A stretch of DNA of 64,000 nucleotides from Paraspadella gotoi (Eukaryota; Animalia; Chaetognatha), in the NCBI GenBank assembly GCA_051294375.1, contig CM119266.1, forward strand, positions 2,407,008 through 2,471,007, given 5' to 3'. Below are positions 25,101 through 37,442 of the stretch, piece after piece (within the stretch, counting starts at the first letter, position 1; every line of letters begins with the position of its first letter). The position numbers were made by a program, and so were the translations under genes. The notes under the pieces were generated by a model. That model worked only from the letters and a program-made list of their open reading frames with translations, searched no databases and had not been told where the DNA came from.

Positions 25101-25474
25101 GACGACTCATTTAGCTAACTAATTTTATTTTCTAAGACGTAAGTGCTATTTGTTGTTTCTCTCTTTGCCCCGCCTCATTTAAATTGGAATCTAATCGGTG
25201 ATCGATATTTTCGGCATCCCTCTCTGCTCTTCTCTGCGGCTGAGAAACGGCATGCTGTACTTCTCTCTTCTCTCTTTTTAATTGGCGCTAGTGCTTTTTT
25301 TTTATTGTCTTCCCTAAAAAGTTCATTCAACCCCTACACGCCCCCATCTCCCCGCAGATGAAGCTTCTTCAACTCTACATCCGGCGCGCTCAAGCGGCGT
25401 CGGCGGCGTCGTCAGTTGAAGGCTCGCCCACCCGCACGGCGTCGGTGTCCTCGACCGACGGCGTTCTCAACTGA
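83..25474 (+). CDS. CLASP: CLIP-associating protein (CLASP/Orbit/MAST), 3' portion: S/R-rich SxIP region, TOG3 HEAT repeats and C-terminal CLIP-interacting domain; 5' exons lie upstream of the window
   Basis: Hand-spliced GT-AG exons with consistent phases: 83-243, 1478-1543, 1952-2046, 2731-2870, (3263-3325 optional), 5167-5273, 5360-5460, 5749-5897, 6458-6609, 7838-7970, 10014-10178, 12158-12308, 13345-13448, 14058-14214, 15396-15622, 15941-16102, 20068-20205, 24298-24414, 25358-25474 (2505 nt, stop TGA 25472-25474). Peptides match CLASP1/2 as I recall them: [148 protein letters not shown]. Confidence 0.96.
2198..2576. mobile_element. Degenerate palindromic (fold-back/MITE-like) element in a CLASP intron
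   Basis: Left arm AACAGTATAGTAAA...GTAGTAATATCCTTATAAAA is the imperfect reverse complement of right arm TTTTATAAGAATATTACTAC...TTTACTATTCTGTT. The inner AGATTC/AAAAGTTGAT-like core resembles the element at 39068-39598. Confidence 0.55.
4088..4762 (-). mobile_element. Dispersed non-autonomous repeat, DINE-1/Helentron-associated-like (copy 1)
   Basis: Closely similar reverse complement of 14247-14923, with related pieces at 42325-44034. Contains a (GGAC/AGAC)n microsatellite near one end, an AT-rich TTAA tandem core and a CTTGTTTT terminus, the architecture known for DINE-1/HINE elements. The repeat itself is certain; the family assignment is inference. Confidence 0.7.
6718..6749 (+). repeat. 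(GAT)n microsatellite
   Basis: Direct reading; source of the poly-M, poly-H, poly-I and poly-S ORFs. Confidence 0.95.
13944..14020 (+). repeat. 18-bp tandem repeat (TTTTCCCCCTTCTTTCTA) x ~4 upstream of CLASP exon 14058
   Basis: Direct reading; explains the repetitive ORF-track peptides FPLLSI and KKGENR. Confidence 0.9.
14247..14923 (+). mobile_element. Dispersed non-autonomous repeat, DINE-1/Helentron-associated-like (copy 2, inverted relative to copy 1)
   Basis: Starts CTATAATTCACTTTGTCGGTCCG, has (GTCC)n at ~14353-14368 and ends GATCCGACATTGTTTGCTCAAACTTGTTTT; reverse complement of 4088-4762. Confidence 0.7.
16481..18975 (-). CDS. F-box / leucine-rich-repeat (RNI-like) protein, ~759 aa, nested antisense in CLASP intron 16103-20067
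   Basis: Three ORF-track ORFs join through canonical introns: exon 1 18975-18592 (phase 0, AAG|GTGAGA), exon 2 18477-17541 (phase 1, AAAG|GTAGG), exon 3 17439-16481; 2280 nt, open throughout. F-box signature [35 protein letters not shown], followed by LxxLxL-type repeats ([48 protein letters not shown]). AATAAA on the minus strand at 16329-16324. Confidence 0.88.
19097..19146 (+). repeat. (GA)n microsatellite upstream of the F-box gene, one of many CT/GA tracts (also ~7545, 9318, 10509, 12548, 37401, 41607, 54592, 55163)
   Basis: Direct reading. Confidence 0.95.
20482..20487 (-). terminator. Putative polyadenylation signal (AATAAA) of the nested PKA-C gene
   Basis: Plus-strand TTTATT ~55 nt past the PKA-C stop codon and before the CLASP exon at 20205. 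Confidence 0.5.
20542..23880 (-). CDS. PKA-C: cAMP-dependent protein kinase catalytic subunit-like (divergent PKA-C), 373 aa, nested antisense in CLASP intron 20206-24297
   Basis: Ten phase-consistent exons: 23880-23811, 23696-23639, 23379-23271, 23132-23058, 22954-22760, 22334-22249, 22152-22053, 21484-21287, 21143-21057, 20685-20542 (1122 nt). Motifs [82 protein letters not shown] and terminal FAKF* (PKA-type FxxF end). The first two exons are less certain than the kinase core. Confidence 0.93.
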
Positions 25475-28400
25475 GGATCTTCTTCTTCGTTGCTGTCGAC
25501 TCTTTCGTCAAAATCCAATCTTGCCCCCCCCCTCCCGCACTGTGCCGGCTCTCGGCACGGCTCTTCTTCGTCCGCTTTCACGATCTTGCCGATTTCTCTG
25601 CCCCATCACGTTCCCCCCCCCCCCGCCTCTTCTTTCCCCAGCCCTCTTTGCGTCCTCCCCAAAAAAAAAAATCAGCATTTTTTGTCGGCATCTTCCGCCT
25701 TTGACTTCTCTAGTCTCTCTCTCTCTAATATCCCCTCTCTCCAATTTTTCTCTGCATCCCCTCGCTCCATCACTTCTTTCGCTATATCTCCTTTCTTTTT
25801 CACTTCTATTCCCGCTACCTGCTCTTCTCCCAACTTTCGCTTTGTCCTCAAACCAAAAAAATCATCCGTTTACGTCGATTGGACGGCGTTCGCACGCGCG
25901 GACGCGCGAAGAAGCACGCTTGCGCGCACGTTGCGAGTTCGCGCCGAGATCGATACATAGTTTTTTAGCGATCCATGACTCCGATGTTCTATCCCACCAA
26001 AGCTTTTAATTTTGTTTTCGTTTTCTCTTCTCCTCTCCTCATCTTTCCCCCCCCCCCCCCCCATCTTTCTTCCTCCCCATTGCATTTCTTGTAGTAGTTT
26101 CGTTCCAAATTTGATTTAAAAACAGTATTCGCGACGTGATCCGCCGCCGCGTCTGCGCGGCTGCTTTTTTTTTTTTTCCTGCCGCCGAACGTTTGATGGA
26201 GGCTTTAGAGTTTCTCAATCGTATGTTAATAACGAAGTTGAATTCTTTCCGATGGGTTCGATCCATTCGAGATATTATAACCGAAAAAAATGATCAATGT
26301 CCCGATTAATCGCGGCCAAGTTATATTTGTAATCACTAACTTAATCCACTGGGTTGAAGGGTTGTAGGGTGGGGGGTTTCCTGTAAGCGTGGGATTCGAT
26401 GACTAAATAATTAACCGTTCTTAGAACTTTTATCACCTTATAATCTTTCACAATCATTAACCGCATTAGTTGGAAACGAGGCTTTTTTTTTTTTTTGCGA
26501 GGAGGCTAATTACTTTTCCTTCGATAGTCGAATTGTTAGTGTCGTCTACTACATAGTAAACTAAGATCTATAACCTTGGGAAGCCGAAACACGAACGTGC
26601 GCCTGACAATAAAAAAAGTGATATGTAGCCTATTATTATTATTATTTTTTTTTTTTAAATTTTACCTCGAGATTTGTTTCTTCCTTGAAACTATTTTTCA
26701 TTTGCATCCGTTTTAATTTTTAAATGTTTGTAGGTGAACGCCATCTACTGTTGCTACCTTTAGTTTTTTAACTTCCCCTCGCTCGTCATTTCCGCGCGAG
26801 GCTTTTCTCATTGTTCTCTATAAATAGCGAGCTTTGTCTTTCTTTCTCCCCCCTTCCCGTCCGGCCTTCCTTACTCCGCTCTCCTTNNNNNNNNNNNNNN
26901 NNNNNNNNNNNNNNNNNNNNNNNNNNNNNNNNNNNNNNNNNNNNNNNNNNNNNNNNNNNNNNNNNNNNNNNNNNNNNNNNNNNNNNNNNNNNNNNNNNNN
27001 NNNNNNNNNNNNNNNNNNNNNNNNNNNNNNNNNNNNNNNNNNNNNNNNNNNNNNNNNNNNNNNNNNNNNNNNNNNNNNNNNNNNNNNNNNNNNNNNNNNN
27101 NTAAACTTTAAACGGACCCAAGTTCTTTCTTTCATTTTTTGACCCGCTGTCGGTATGCAATTTTAAATTTAGAGTTGTAGCCGATTTGCTATGTCCTTGC
27201 GTCGCTTTAAAATTGTCATTTTTTTTTGCCGAGCCGCCCGCGAAAGTAGGAACGCCTACTGGCTATTTATAAATAAATACTACCATCTCTCACGCTTTCG
27301 TTTTCACTTTTTTGCCCCCAATTTTTTCACATTTTGCGTCCGCCAATGTTTATTTTAGACAAAAAAAAATGACACAATTTTTAAAGCGCAACACCGCAAG
27401 CGACCCCATAGCAAATGCGCTACAACTCTACAACCTTTAAACATTGCATACGACAGCGCCGGTCAAAAAATGCAGACAACGCAACTTGAGCGTCCGCTCT
27501 TAACACTTTACCGCCCAGCAATTCTTAAAGTCACCAAATATAGAGATAAAGAAAAGCCAAAACGAAGGGGCCGGGCGCGGCGGGGCTGGGCCGCGCGCGA
27601 GAGCAGCAGAGCAACGCGCAATGCCGGGCGGGGCGGAGGAAATACCATAAAATCGCAATTAATTACATGGTTGATGCCCTCGCGCGCAAGCGGCACAGTT
27701 CTTAGCTTTGAGACAAGCGCCACCAGCGTAGATGCAGAACCGGCAGAGCCGGAGTAAGGAAGGCCGGACCGCCCGCGAAAGGCCCGGCGGAGACAACGCA
27801 AAGAAAGACAATAGCTCTGCTATTTATTACCGCAGAAACAATTGAGAAAAGCCTCGCGCGTGACATGACGAGCGCAGGGGAAGCTAAAAAACTAAACGTA
27901 CGCAGCAAACAGTAGATGGCGTCTCACCAATACAACAACATTAAAAATTAAAAACGCGATTGCAAATGAAAAAATTAGTTTCAAGGAAGAAACAAATCCT
28001 CGCAGCGTAAAATTAAAAAAAAAACCATATCAACAAATAATCCAGGCTACATATTCACTTTTTTATTGTTCTAGCCGCCACGTTGTCGTGCTTTCGGCTC
28101 CCAAGGTTATAGATCTTAGCTTTTACTTATGTAGTAGACGACACTACAATTCGGACTATCGAAAGTTGAAAAGCTAATAGCCTCCTCGCAAAAAAAAAAA
28201 AGCCTCGTTCCAACTAATGCCGGTTAATTGATTGTGAAAGATTATAAGGCGATAAAAGCTTCCTAAGAACGCGTTACATTTATTTAGTCATCGCAATTCC
28301 CACCGCCTTACAGGAAACCCCCCACCCTACAACCCTCTCAACCAGCTCGCGATTAAGTTTAGTGATTTACAAATACTAACTATGGCCGCGATTAATCGGG

Positions 28401-29337
28401 ACACTGATCATCTTTTTTCGGCTTATAATTATCTTCGAATGGATTCGCAACCCATCGGAAAGAATGTCAACTATCGTTAAATTACACATCAACGCATATG
28501 AGAAACTTCTAAAGCCTCCATCAAACCGTTCGGCCGGCCCAGGAAAAAAAAACAGCCAGCCGCGCAGCACGTTCGGCCGGCGGGATCCACGTCGCCGAAT
28601 TACTGTTTTTAAATCAAAATTTAGGAACGAAACTACTACAACGAAATAGCCATGGGGCCAGGCACCGAAGCAAAGATTGACGGAGGGGCGGCCGGGCCAA
28701 GATGAGGAGAGCGAGGAAGAGAAAACGACAAACAAATTAAAAAGCTTTGGTGGGATAGGAAACATCGGAGTCCATGGATCGCTAAAAAACTATGTATCGA
28801 TCTCGCGCAGGAACTCGTCAACGTCGCGCGCCACGCGTGCTTTCTTCGCGCGCTGCGCGCGTGCCGAACGCCTGTCCAATCGTACGTCAACGGAATGATT
28901 TTTTGTTTTGAGGATTAAAAGCGGACAAGTTGCCAGAAAAGAGAAGGTAGCGGATATGAAGTGAACAAGAAAGGAGATATAGCCCGAAAGAATGCTGGAT
29001 GCGGCGACGGCGATGCCAGATAAACATTCGAGAGATGAGGAGGATTTATAGACCGAGAGAAGAGACTAGAGAACTTCCAAAGCGGACAGACTTGCCCGAC
29101 AAAAAATGCTGATTTTTTTTTGTATTGAGTGGAACAGCAAAGCAGGCTGACCGGACAAGAAGAGGCGCCGGTGGGGGGGAACGTGATGGCGGCAGAGACT
29201 CGGCAAGATCGTATAAAGGCGCACGAAGAACAGCCGTCTGCCGAGAGCCGGACCAGTTGGGACACCGGAGGCTGCGGGGCGGCAAGATATGGATTTTTGA
29301 CGGAAAGAAGTCGACAGGCAACGAAGAAGAAAGATCC

Positions 29338-32300
29338 TCAGTTGAGAACGCCGGGGCGAGGACACCGCACGCCGTGCGGGTTGGCGCGAGCCTTTCACTG
29401 ACGGACGCCGCCGACGCTGGCTTGACGCGCGCGGATGTCAGAGTATGAGAAGCTTCATCTGCGGGGAGATGCGGGTCGTGTAGGGGATTGATGAACTATT
29501 TTTAGGGAAGACAATAAAAAAACACAAGCACTAGCGACCAATTACACAAGAGAGAAAGAGAGAAGTACAGCATGGCCAGTTTCTTTCAAGCCGCCAGAGC
29601 AAGAGCCAGACTAGGGATGCCGAACATATCGATCACGATTAGATTCCAATTTGAGGGCGGCGCCAAGCAGAGAAAAAGCAACCAAATACGACACTTACTG
29701 TCTAGAAAATAAAATTAGTTAAGCTAAATGAGTCGTCATTGTCGAATATGTGTAAGAGCCAGTAATCCACGCGGGGCGGGTCCTTGCCCCCCCAGATTAT
29801 ATTAAATAATTGTGTTACTTAATCGGTATATTACCAAAATAAAGTACAAACAAGCTGAGAATAAGATCAAAGGGTAACCAGAAAATATTTTCTTAATACC
29901 ATTATATGCAGCTTCCTCTAAAACATAGGGTTTTAATTTAAAATATTAACTTTAATAATGAAAATCGTACCGACGATTAAAATTCTTGCGATACAAAACA
30001 AAGTCTACGTACTGAACAAGTGAACATGGTTTAGAGATAGTCCAACTAGGATACGTATTGTCGGACATAATCATACTATAAATAAAAAGCCAAACCAATA
30101 TCGCTAAAACGAATAATACAAGTAATATCAAACTTTAGTCTGTTTTCGTCCTTTTGCACCAAAAAAGAACTGGAAACTTTGTTGTCACCCAATCTTGCGC
30201 CTAAACGGCTTTTGCGCTCAAATGCAGAGGATTTTTCCGATATTAAACTCTGCAACAGTTTCAAACTGATTGACAACCAACATGCCAGAGTGAGGAAGAA
30301 GCAATAGTCCAAGAAAGCAATCGTAAATGATAAACGCAGTGATAAAAATTATAGGCCGGCCCTTGGGCGCTTAAAGCCAACCAAAGCCTTAGTACAAAAG
30401 TAAAGGGGTGAAACGTGACAATACATTTCACAGTTAACAGAAAGCGTTGTCGAATTAAACAAGTTACAGTTTACACAAAAATGACGGTTAATATAAAAGG
30501 ACCTTACCTTTGCTCGGAAAGGGATGGTCGAGCTGACTTCTTGAGATCATCACACGGACTTGCGTGAAGGGCGAACGCAGGCCAGAACAACGCTCGCCTT
30601 TTCGACGCTGCCTCCGCTGTTGTCGCTAGCCCTTCGAGAAACATAGAAGAGAGTAGTTAGAGTCACGTGATCAAGCCTGGTGCATGGCTCTACGTTTCAA
30701 CTTATTTTATACAATCTAAAGTCGCGTGAAATTAACAGAATAAAGCTGAATAAATTTTTATTAGGCGATTCATCCGCCAATCTAAATTTTTCCTTTCTCA
30801 TCTCTTAGCTCGCCTAAGCTTAACAAGTTTAAATAAGCCCTAACAAGTAAATAAAACATCGCCACAACACGCTAACTAGGCTTTAGTCAACGATCGGCAT
30901 CTCGGCCGCTCAAAGAAACAAGCGAATGCGTCCTTCCGTTTAGAAAAGGTAGCCTTAAAAGCGGAGCCGCAATCCGTCGTTCGTAGCCGCAAGAGGGAGA
31001 CTTATTTCTCATTGCGAAAACAAGAAGGGAGGAGAGAGGGATGACCAGAGAAGCCGAGAGACCCGCCGCGTGCGACACCATGCAGGTCTACGTAGACGCG
31101 CGGACGCCGTCAAGGCTTTGGCAACGCCATCGAGTCAGCGAAAAAAACGTACAGCAGTAAGTATATAAATATCAATTATGCCATTACTCTCGCCCTTCCT
31201 AAAATTTATAAAAACTATCGCCGATATATTTAACATATTTCGTTTTAATTAAGAATCAACTGAATCAAACTATCGGCACTCATCCCAGCCACGAACGCGA
31301 ACTACATTAGATCCCTGAAAAATGGTTCGGCAAGAGACGCTAAAGCCTTTGAAGTAAAGTTTCCAAAACTTTAGACAACTAATAATATTTGCGAATCGCG
31401 AGAGGAAAAGTAACTAATGCTTTCCAATTCGAAAAAAAACTCCATGACCACCACCCACAGGGGATGTAACTCTTTTTAGTGAAGCAAAAGGAGATAAAAT
31501 CTTTTGGAGACGAACAATGAGGCAAAAAGACACGAAGGCTGAGCTCCTTCCATCTTCCCTTTCTTCTTAGTTTCTATTTCTATGTACTCTTCTCGCTGAT
31601 TTCCCTCTCCCCCTCCTCTTCCGAGGACAGGAGGAGCTACGAAGAGAGGTACAACGGGAAACCAACTCCCAAACGCCAAGCTTCGTAAGACTTGCCGCGT
31701 TGGCAAAGACGCTCGGTTCTGGTTCCTTCCGCAGCAGTCGTTTTGGCCTACACCAAAAGTTGCCGATAAGGAATGCGTGTGTTAAGAGGAGTGAAAATCA
31801 TGATGCCACAAAACACCCTCGGCCATCTTCTTTAAGACATTCACTCCCTTCTCAATCCCGCGCCCACTAAAAAAAGCTCGCTTTCTTCCAAAGGTCAGAC
31901 ACAATCCAACAAACGAATTCTTCCGCCATGAAGATTTTGATCAAAAGAAAAGATTGTGAAAGATGAGCCCAGCCGTCGGCCATATGAGGGAATATCAAAT
32001 GCGTTGCCCAAAATTTTCTTGCCTATTTAACCTAACCCTCCTTCTTTACAACCCAATGCAACTGGAACACTGCAAACCAGGTGCCGAGCACACTATTCGC
32101 AGAAACAAACGAATTCGCTACTAATAACACTTACCGTTTACTAGTAAGAATGCGCCCGCTCCTACCACTTTTAAGGACAACTCCAACCTAATCTTGCGTG
32201 CATAGACTTGAACCAAGGCGGCGAAATGTTCCACCTATCATCAGGACAGCACACGCCAAGTTTTCCGAGAGTTCAGCCCGCTTTATACTGGTGCGCAGGT

Positions 32301-35254
32301 AAATGGAGCAAAGCAGAATGCGAAACGGGGAAATCAGTCAAAAAATGCGAAACGAGATCGCGACACAAGTCTAAAAGGAATCGAGACGCCGAAAAATCTC
32401 GGAATCCATAAATTGCCTATCGCCACAGACCCGCGCATTTAGATTCTTTTTGCAGACAAGGACAATTGGCGAGGTTATCGCCTTTCAAACGGGCGCTCTG
32501 AAACGTGCCGGGAGTTACGAAGAGGAGAGAGCGCAGAGGAGGAGAAGCCTTTTTTCGACAAAGAGCTCAGATTCAACCATTTGTTGAAGTCCCCTCTGGA
32601 GGCGATAAGCGCTCACAAATTGCAATTAATTGCCCGCAAGCGATTCCGTGCGACTTAGTCGAAAGAATACGAGGGGTTGCGAAGTTGGAGGTTGGGAATT
32701 GGAAACAGCCGGGATAGGTCGGAAAAAGAAACAAGAGATCAGTCAAAACTTAAAACTCTCGCACTCGGTTGACGATGGCGTTCTCGAGTACCTCCAACGA
32801 AACTTAACATCCCTGTACAGAGACTTGCAACGCCGCAGAACATGCTCGCCTATCTCAGAACGGGTAATATTTTAGTCTGTGCTTTCGATATGAAAGAGTT
32901 ACTTATTAATTTTCGCGAAATCAAAATCTGGCATGGACTATAGATTTTCCTTGCGTTCCACACCAGTTACACAAAAGTCACGCGACTATGGCGATTTGCA
33001 AAAAAGAGCTTCACCCGGACCACATCAGAACGTACACCGGCCTCTGCGCGGACACCCGAGTACTTGGCCCGCCCGGAGTCTCGTAAAAGCCGGGCGGATG
33101 GCCGCGTACTTTCAGGGTGGGGAGGGCAGAGGAAAGTGCTCGTTCGTTTTTTTAGAAAGGAGCGTGAGGGCGACCAAACATTAACGGTTGTTTTTTTCTT
33201 CCCGAGGCAGACCATGCCATTTCAGCGCTTCTGCTTATTTTCGCCCACTTTTGCGTCGGACCAAGGGTTGGGGGCGTCAGTCGCGGGTTCGCGTTCGTCA
33301 CCTCTCTCTCTTTTTCAAAGCTGATTATCTCGCTTTTTCGCGAAGCCCCGGGGATTTTTATCGCTCACGTCCGAGACTTTTTTCTCTGACATTGCGATCA
33401 CTATAAAATAAAAAAACCGTTTATTTTTAAAACACATTAAAGAAAACCACCGAAAGCCTGAGAGTGTGAAACAATACCGCTTGATTCTTGACACGCCGGT
33501 AAACAAGCCGTCCCCTATGTCTGTCCTCGCGGTATTGTTTTCCGGAGGATTTTCAAAGGACGTAAACGAATATTAATTCAATAAAAAATTAAATAAAATT
33601 CTATTTGGAAAAACTGATTCATGCCAAATTGTAGAAGATATTCGCGATTTCTGATAGTCACGGCGCTCGTGTTTGCAAGAAAATTCCTTTACTGGTTGAA
33701 AGGTTCATTAAAAACCGCCCCGTTATGGAAAAACGGTGGACTGGTGGACACTTGGGGATCCTTATTTCGTAAATGACAGCCAGGGAACGTCCCTTGGTCT
33801 ACTCAAACGAAAGCAACAGCACCATGCTACCAAATAAGCATCGTCCAAGCGGACACCTTTATCTCCCCCAGCGGTTTTCTCCCCCTCGGCAACTAAAAGA
33901 CTTGTGCACCAACATTCTTCAGCGTAGCGCTCTGTTTGTGGACTTACGGCAAGCTTCTTAGGCCAAATGATGGGGCACAATATATGACATGATTTTGGTA
34001 ACTCAAACTGAAAAAAATTTATTAAAATGTTTTTAAAGAAGTATCTTTCTAAACCATGGAACGCAACCACTTTGATTCAGCGTGTGGACACTTCCAAACG
34101 GTACGGGTTGCTTACGGGACGGGAAAGTAGACACAAACAAAAAAAAAAAAAAAAAAAAAAAGACATCAAAGAACATCCCTGGTTTTCAACCATCAAGTGG
34201 GCCGGTAGGCATAAGATTCCTCAAAGCAGCGACGTTTTCGCTCGTCTCGCGACAACATCTCAATCTTTTATTTTTTTGCGGCGGGTGGTACTGGGTAGCG
34301 GGTGTCAAAACCGTCAGAGCAGATCCGCCTTTCATCTTAAGAGACAGTTTATTCCCTCTTCCCAATAAATAAACCGAGGCAGTTCTTTCCCCATTTCCTT
34401 TCTCCGACCACCGTTGCGTCTCCCTCTTTCCCCGCCCCCACTCTCCACATGTGCGACCTAAATTTATCCGATTTTCCGCAATATTTTGTTTCTTTTTTTT
34501 CCGATAGGGTTCTTTTCCTTTTCCAATTTTGTTGACTCTCTCCTCTCTCTTTCTCCTCTCCTCTCTCTCTCTCTCTCTCAAAAAGGCTCTGCTACAAGAA
34601 TGAAAATCCGCGCTGCTCCCTTCATCCCCGAAATTCGAGGACTGGGGCGACGCGTTCTAACTTTCCGGCTCAGGAGAGAGCGTAAAAGCCTCCACATCTT
34701 CGGCTTTACGACTGAGAAGCATGCGGAGCGGCATCGTCCAAATTTAAAGTCTTCATCGAAACCCGCAATTATTTTTTTGGAATTTTTTTTTGTGCAATAG
34801 AGACATAAAATATAACTATTACCAGTGCCGAATTCCGGCCTTTTCTGAATCCCCACATCGCATTTTCAGGTTGCACGTTTTTTGGAAAAAAAAGTTCACT
34901 CCTGCTTCGGTTTACTAATATTTTCTTCACTATTTTACGTTATTATTATTACTAATATTTCACTTTATTATTTCGTCGCACAAGGTATCTCACTCAGTCA
35001 CCATATTGACAAACATTTTCAAATATTCGCCTTATGATATTGAATCGCGACATTTTCTACATTACCTTTCCATTCCTTTCAACTTTTCAGTCCACATGAG
35101 AACTCAACCTTGATCAGCTTGGGAACGAACCGTCCTCGATGCAACCCTCGATCTCCTCTTTCTTCAGTTTTCTCACGACCTTTGTCATCATCCTTGAGTG
35201 CAGCGAGGTTGACGGGGAACTCCCCCGTGTCGGCGATCGGAGCGCAGTGAGGAC
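29338..35254 (-). pseudogene. Frameshifted copies of the last three CLASP exons inside the fold-back segment (probably not a real locus)
   Basis: ~29338-29458, ~30507-30632 and ~35108-35254 mirror exons 25358-25474, 24298-24414 and 20068-20205 ([14 protein letters not shown] readable). Confidence 0.35.
31080..34747 (+). pseudogene. Frameshifted copy of the PKA-C gene inside the fold-back segment (probably not a real locus)
   Basis: Exons and introns are collinear with 23880-20542; indels fall in exons and introns alike. Confidence 0.4.
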
Positions 35255-36260
35255 CTGCAACGAAGGAATGAATTATAAAAAGTGGGAATGACTGCGGATA
35301 GGAATGCAATAGCAATGAATGAAGGAGGAATTGATGATAGAGAAGACATGAATGCGAGAAAAAAATTGCGGAAACCAATTAACGAATGATGTTAATGAAA
35401 AAAAAGAGGGTTTTCATTTCGCTTGGGAAAGTGGAGGGTCCAAATAATCAAATTAAAATAAAAGTGTTCAGAAGATGTCCCATTATCCATACGACCGCGA
35501 GAAAACTACCAGAGTGTGACAGATTCGCTATTGCTCCGACGTGCACAAGCTTTTGTCTTGAAACAGAAACGGGCAAGACCATTGAGGACAGGTGGCCAGG
35601 GACAAAGCCTTCTTCGGGTTCATTAGGTCTCGACTCCGAGAACAATATCTGGACCGCCGACGAAAACGAAGATCCGATCGCTCCGCATACTTCTCATCCC
35701 AGATTTTCACCCCAAACGGAGTTTTTAAAGTCAATAAGGAATCGACATTAACATAGGCCTACTTTATTATTATTTATGGGAACGATTATTTTTAAAATCA
35801 TTCCCCGCAGGGATTAAGAAAAAATTGATAAGTACAAAAATTCACCAAGTGTAATACAATTAGGGAAAAGTTTCCAAGATCAACCGAGTTTTCACAATCA
35901 TTCAATCTTATTGTTCAGCCAGCGAATGGAAAATTAGCCTCATCGCTGAAAAATCCTATTCCTCACTGTCTTTTAAATTCGACATCAGTCCTAATTGCCC
36001 GACTCCCGTACGAAAGGTCTTACCCAAAGATGCGGCCTTCCACTATTCAGCTCCCAGACCAGACGGTATCCCTCACCTTAACAGGCCATAAAAGAAAATA
36101 TAAGGCATATCGACACAGTTTTATGTTCGATGTATCGTTCTGTTTCGAGAACAGGAGCGCCCGGATATGAAATCTCTCATCGCGGAGTAACTCTCTCCAC
36201 CTCATTATTTCGCACATCAGGCACTCGCAAATATCCTCTTCGCTGTCTATCGCGTTTGTG

Positions 36261-36334
<74 letters not shown>

Positions 36335-36458
36335 TTTTTTCCTTTTTCGATGTTCACACCACGTTTTATAGTCAAAAATTACAACAAATCGATTGGAGAG
36401 AAAAATTTAGTTTATATGTACGTAACTTATCATAAACCAGCTAAAAAAAAAAAAAAAT

Positions 36459-37227
36459 ATGGCTAGGGGATTTGGCCAGCCCCGCCTTCCTTGATGCCCT
36501 CGATCAAATCCTTACACGAAATCCGCCTCGCGCCACCCGACGACGTTCTACTTCTTCCATACCACTCCTTCGCTCCACCCACTCATCCGCCCACCAAACC
36601 GGACCCGCCACCGCACACCCCACATCCACCACCTCCCCAACGAATCCTTTCCAAGTTCTTTCCCTCTTGAGTTTCCGCGAGAGGCACATTGGAGGCGTGT
36701 CCTCGTCGTCGGAGTGGAGGTGCCGTGAGTCCGAGTGTGGCGTTGAGAGTGGACGAAAAGGTTTGGAGCGAAGAAGATTGCACCATCGCGCGGGAGCAGA
36801 AGCCGGTGACGAACCAGAACGTTCGTGCCAAAAGGTATTTGGGGAATACGATATCGCAAGAAAGTTGTGCTTCAACGGTGAAGCAACTGCGATTGACTCC
36901 CTATCCCCCCCCGGAGATTTTTTCTCCTTTTACATTGATAATAAAGTATCAGCGGACTGTTAAACTACTTCAGCCTCATTTCCATGTCAATCATTTCCCA
37001 GGCACCACAAATCCCGCCTCCGCCGGTTCCCATCCTTGCCGCCCCTTTCTCCGATTCATGTCCAATCTCTCGTCTCTGTCCGGTCCGTCGTACCATCGAA
37101 CCTGTCCGGCGTCGCCTCTTCCTCCCCTTCATCTTCCTCCTCCCCACTTTGCGATACCCTCCGCCTCGCCACCGCCCGTTCTCTCCTGCCTCGATACGCC
37201 AACGTCCCACCTCCCGCTCCGTAAAAC
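36459..37227 (+). pseudogene. Frameshifted partial copy of the F-box/LRR gene (exon 1 and start of exon 2) inside the fold-back segment (probably not a real locus)
   Basis: Collinear with 18975-18271; DALDQIL and SAHQT are still readable. Confidence 0.35.
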
Positions 37228-37397
37228 ATCTCTCTNNNNNNNNNNNNNNNNNNNNNNNNNTTTTTTTTTCGATATTTTTTCTGTTCATGAAACAAAAATA
37301 AAAACGTACCCACATGTGCTAAAGTTATCATTTCACGAACTCTGCGATATAAATGAACATAAAAGTTCCATTTTTTATACTGGAGATCCGTAGAAAC

Positions 37398-37442
<45 letters not shown>

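Larger units (their letters stand above)
27102..37235 (-). repeat. Error-rich inverted (fold-back) copy of 18271-26886; probable long-read gap-filling artefact
   Basis: ~27740-37227 is the reverse complement of 26886-18271, ~10% longer, with scattered 1-nt insertions. 27102-27230 is mirrored by 27358-27510, so the turn lies near 27290. The copy ends in ATCTCTCT, which is not in the source, followed by exactly 25 N. Confidence 0.9.

Noticed and set aside
34128-34161. Poly(A) insertion in the PKA copy suggesting retrotransposition
   Set aside because: Lies in the noisy copy at a short A-run of the source (GTGAAAGAC), has no target-site duplication, and is best explained as read noise.
27740-37227. 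Real inverted segmental duplication with CLASP, PKA and F-box pseudogenes
   Set aside because: Uniform insertion-dominated errors, a fold-back point, an adapter-like end and a 25-N gap fit a raw long read better than evolutionary decay.
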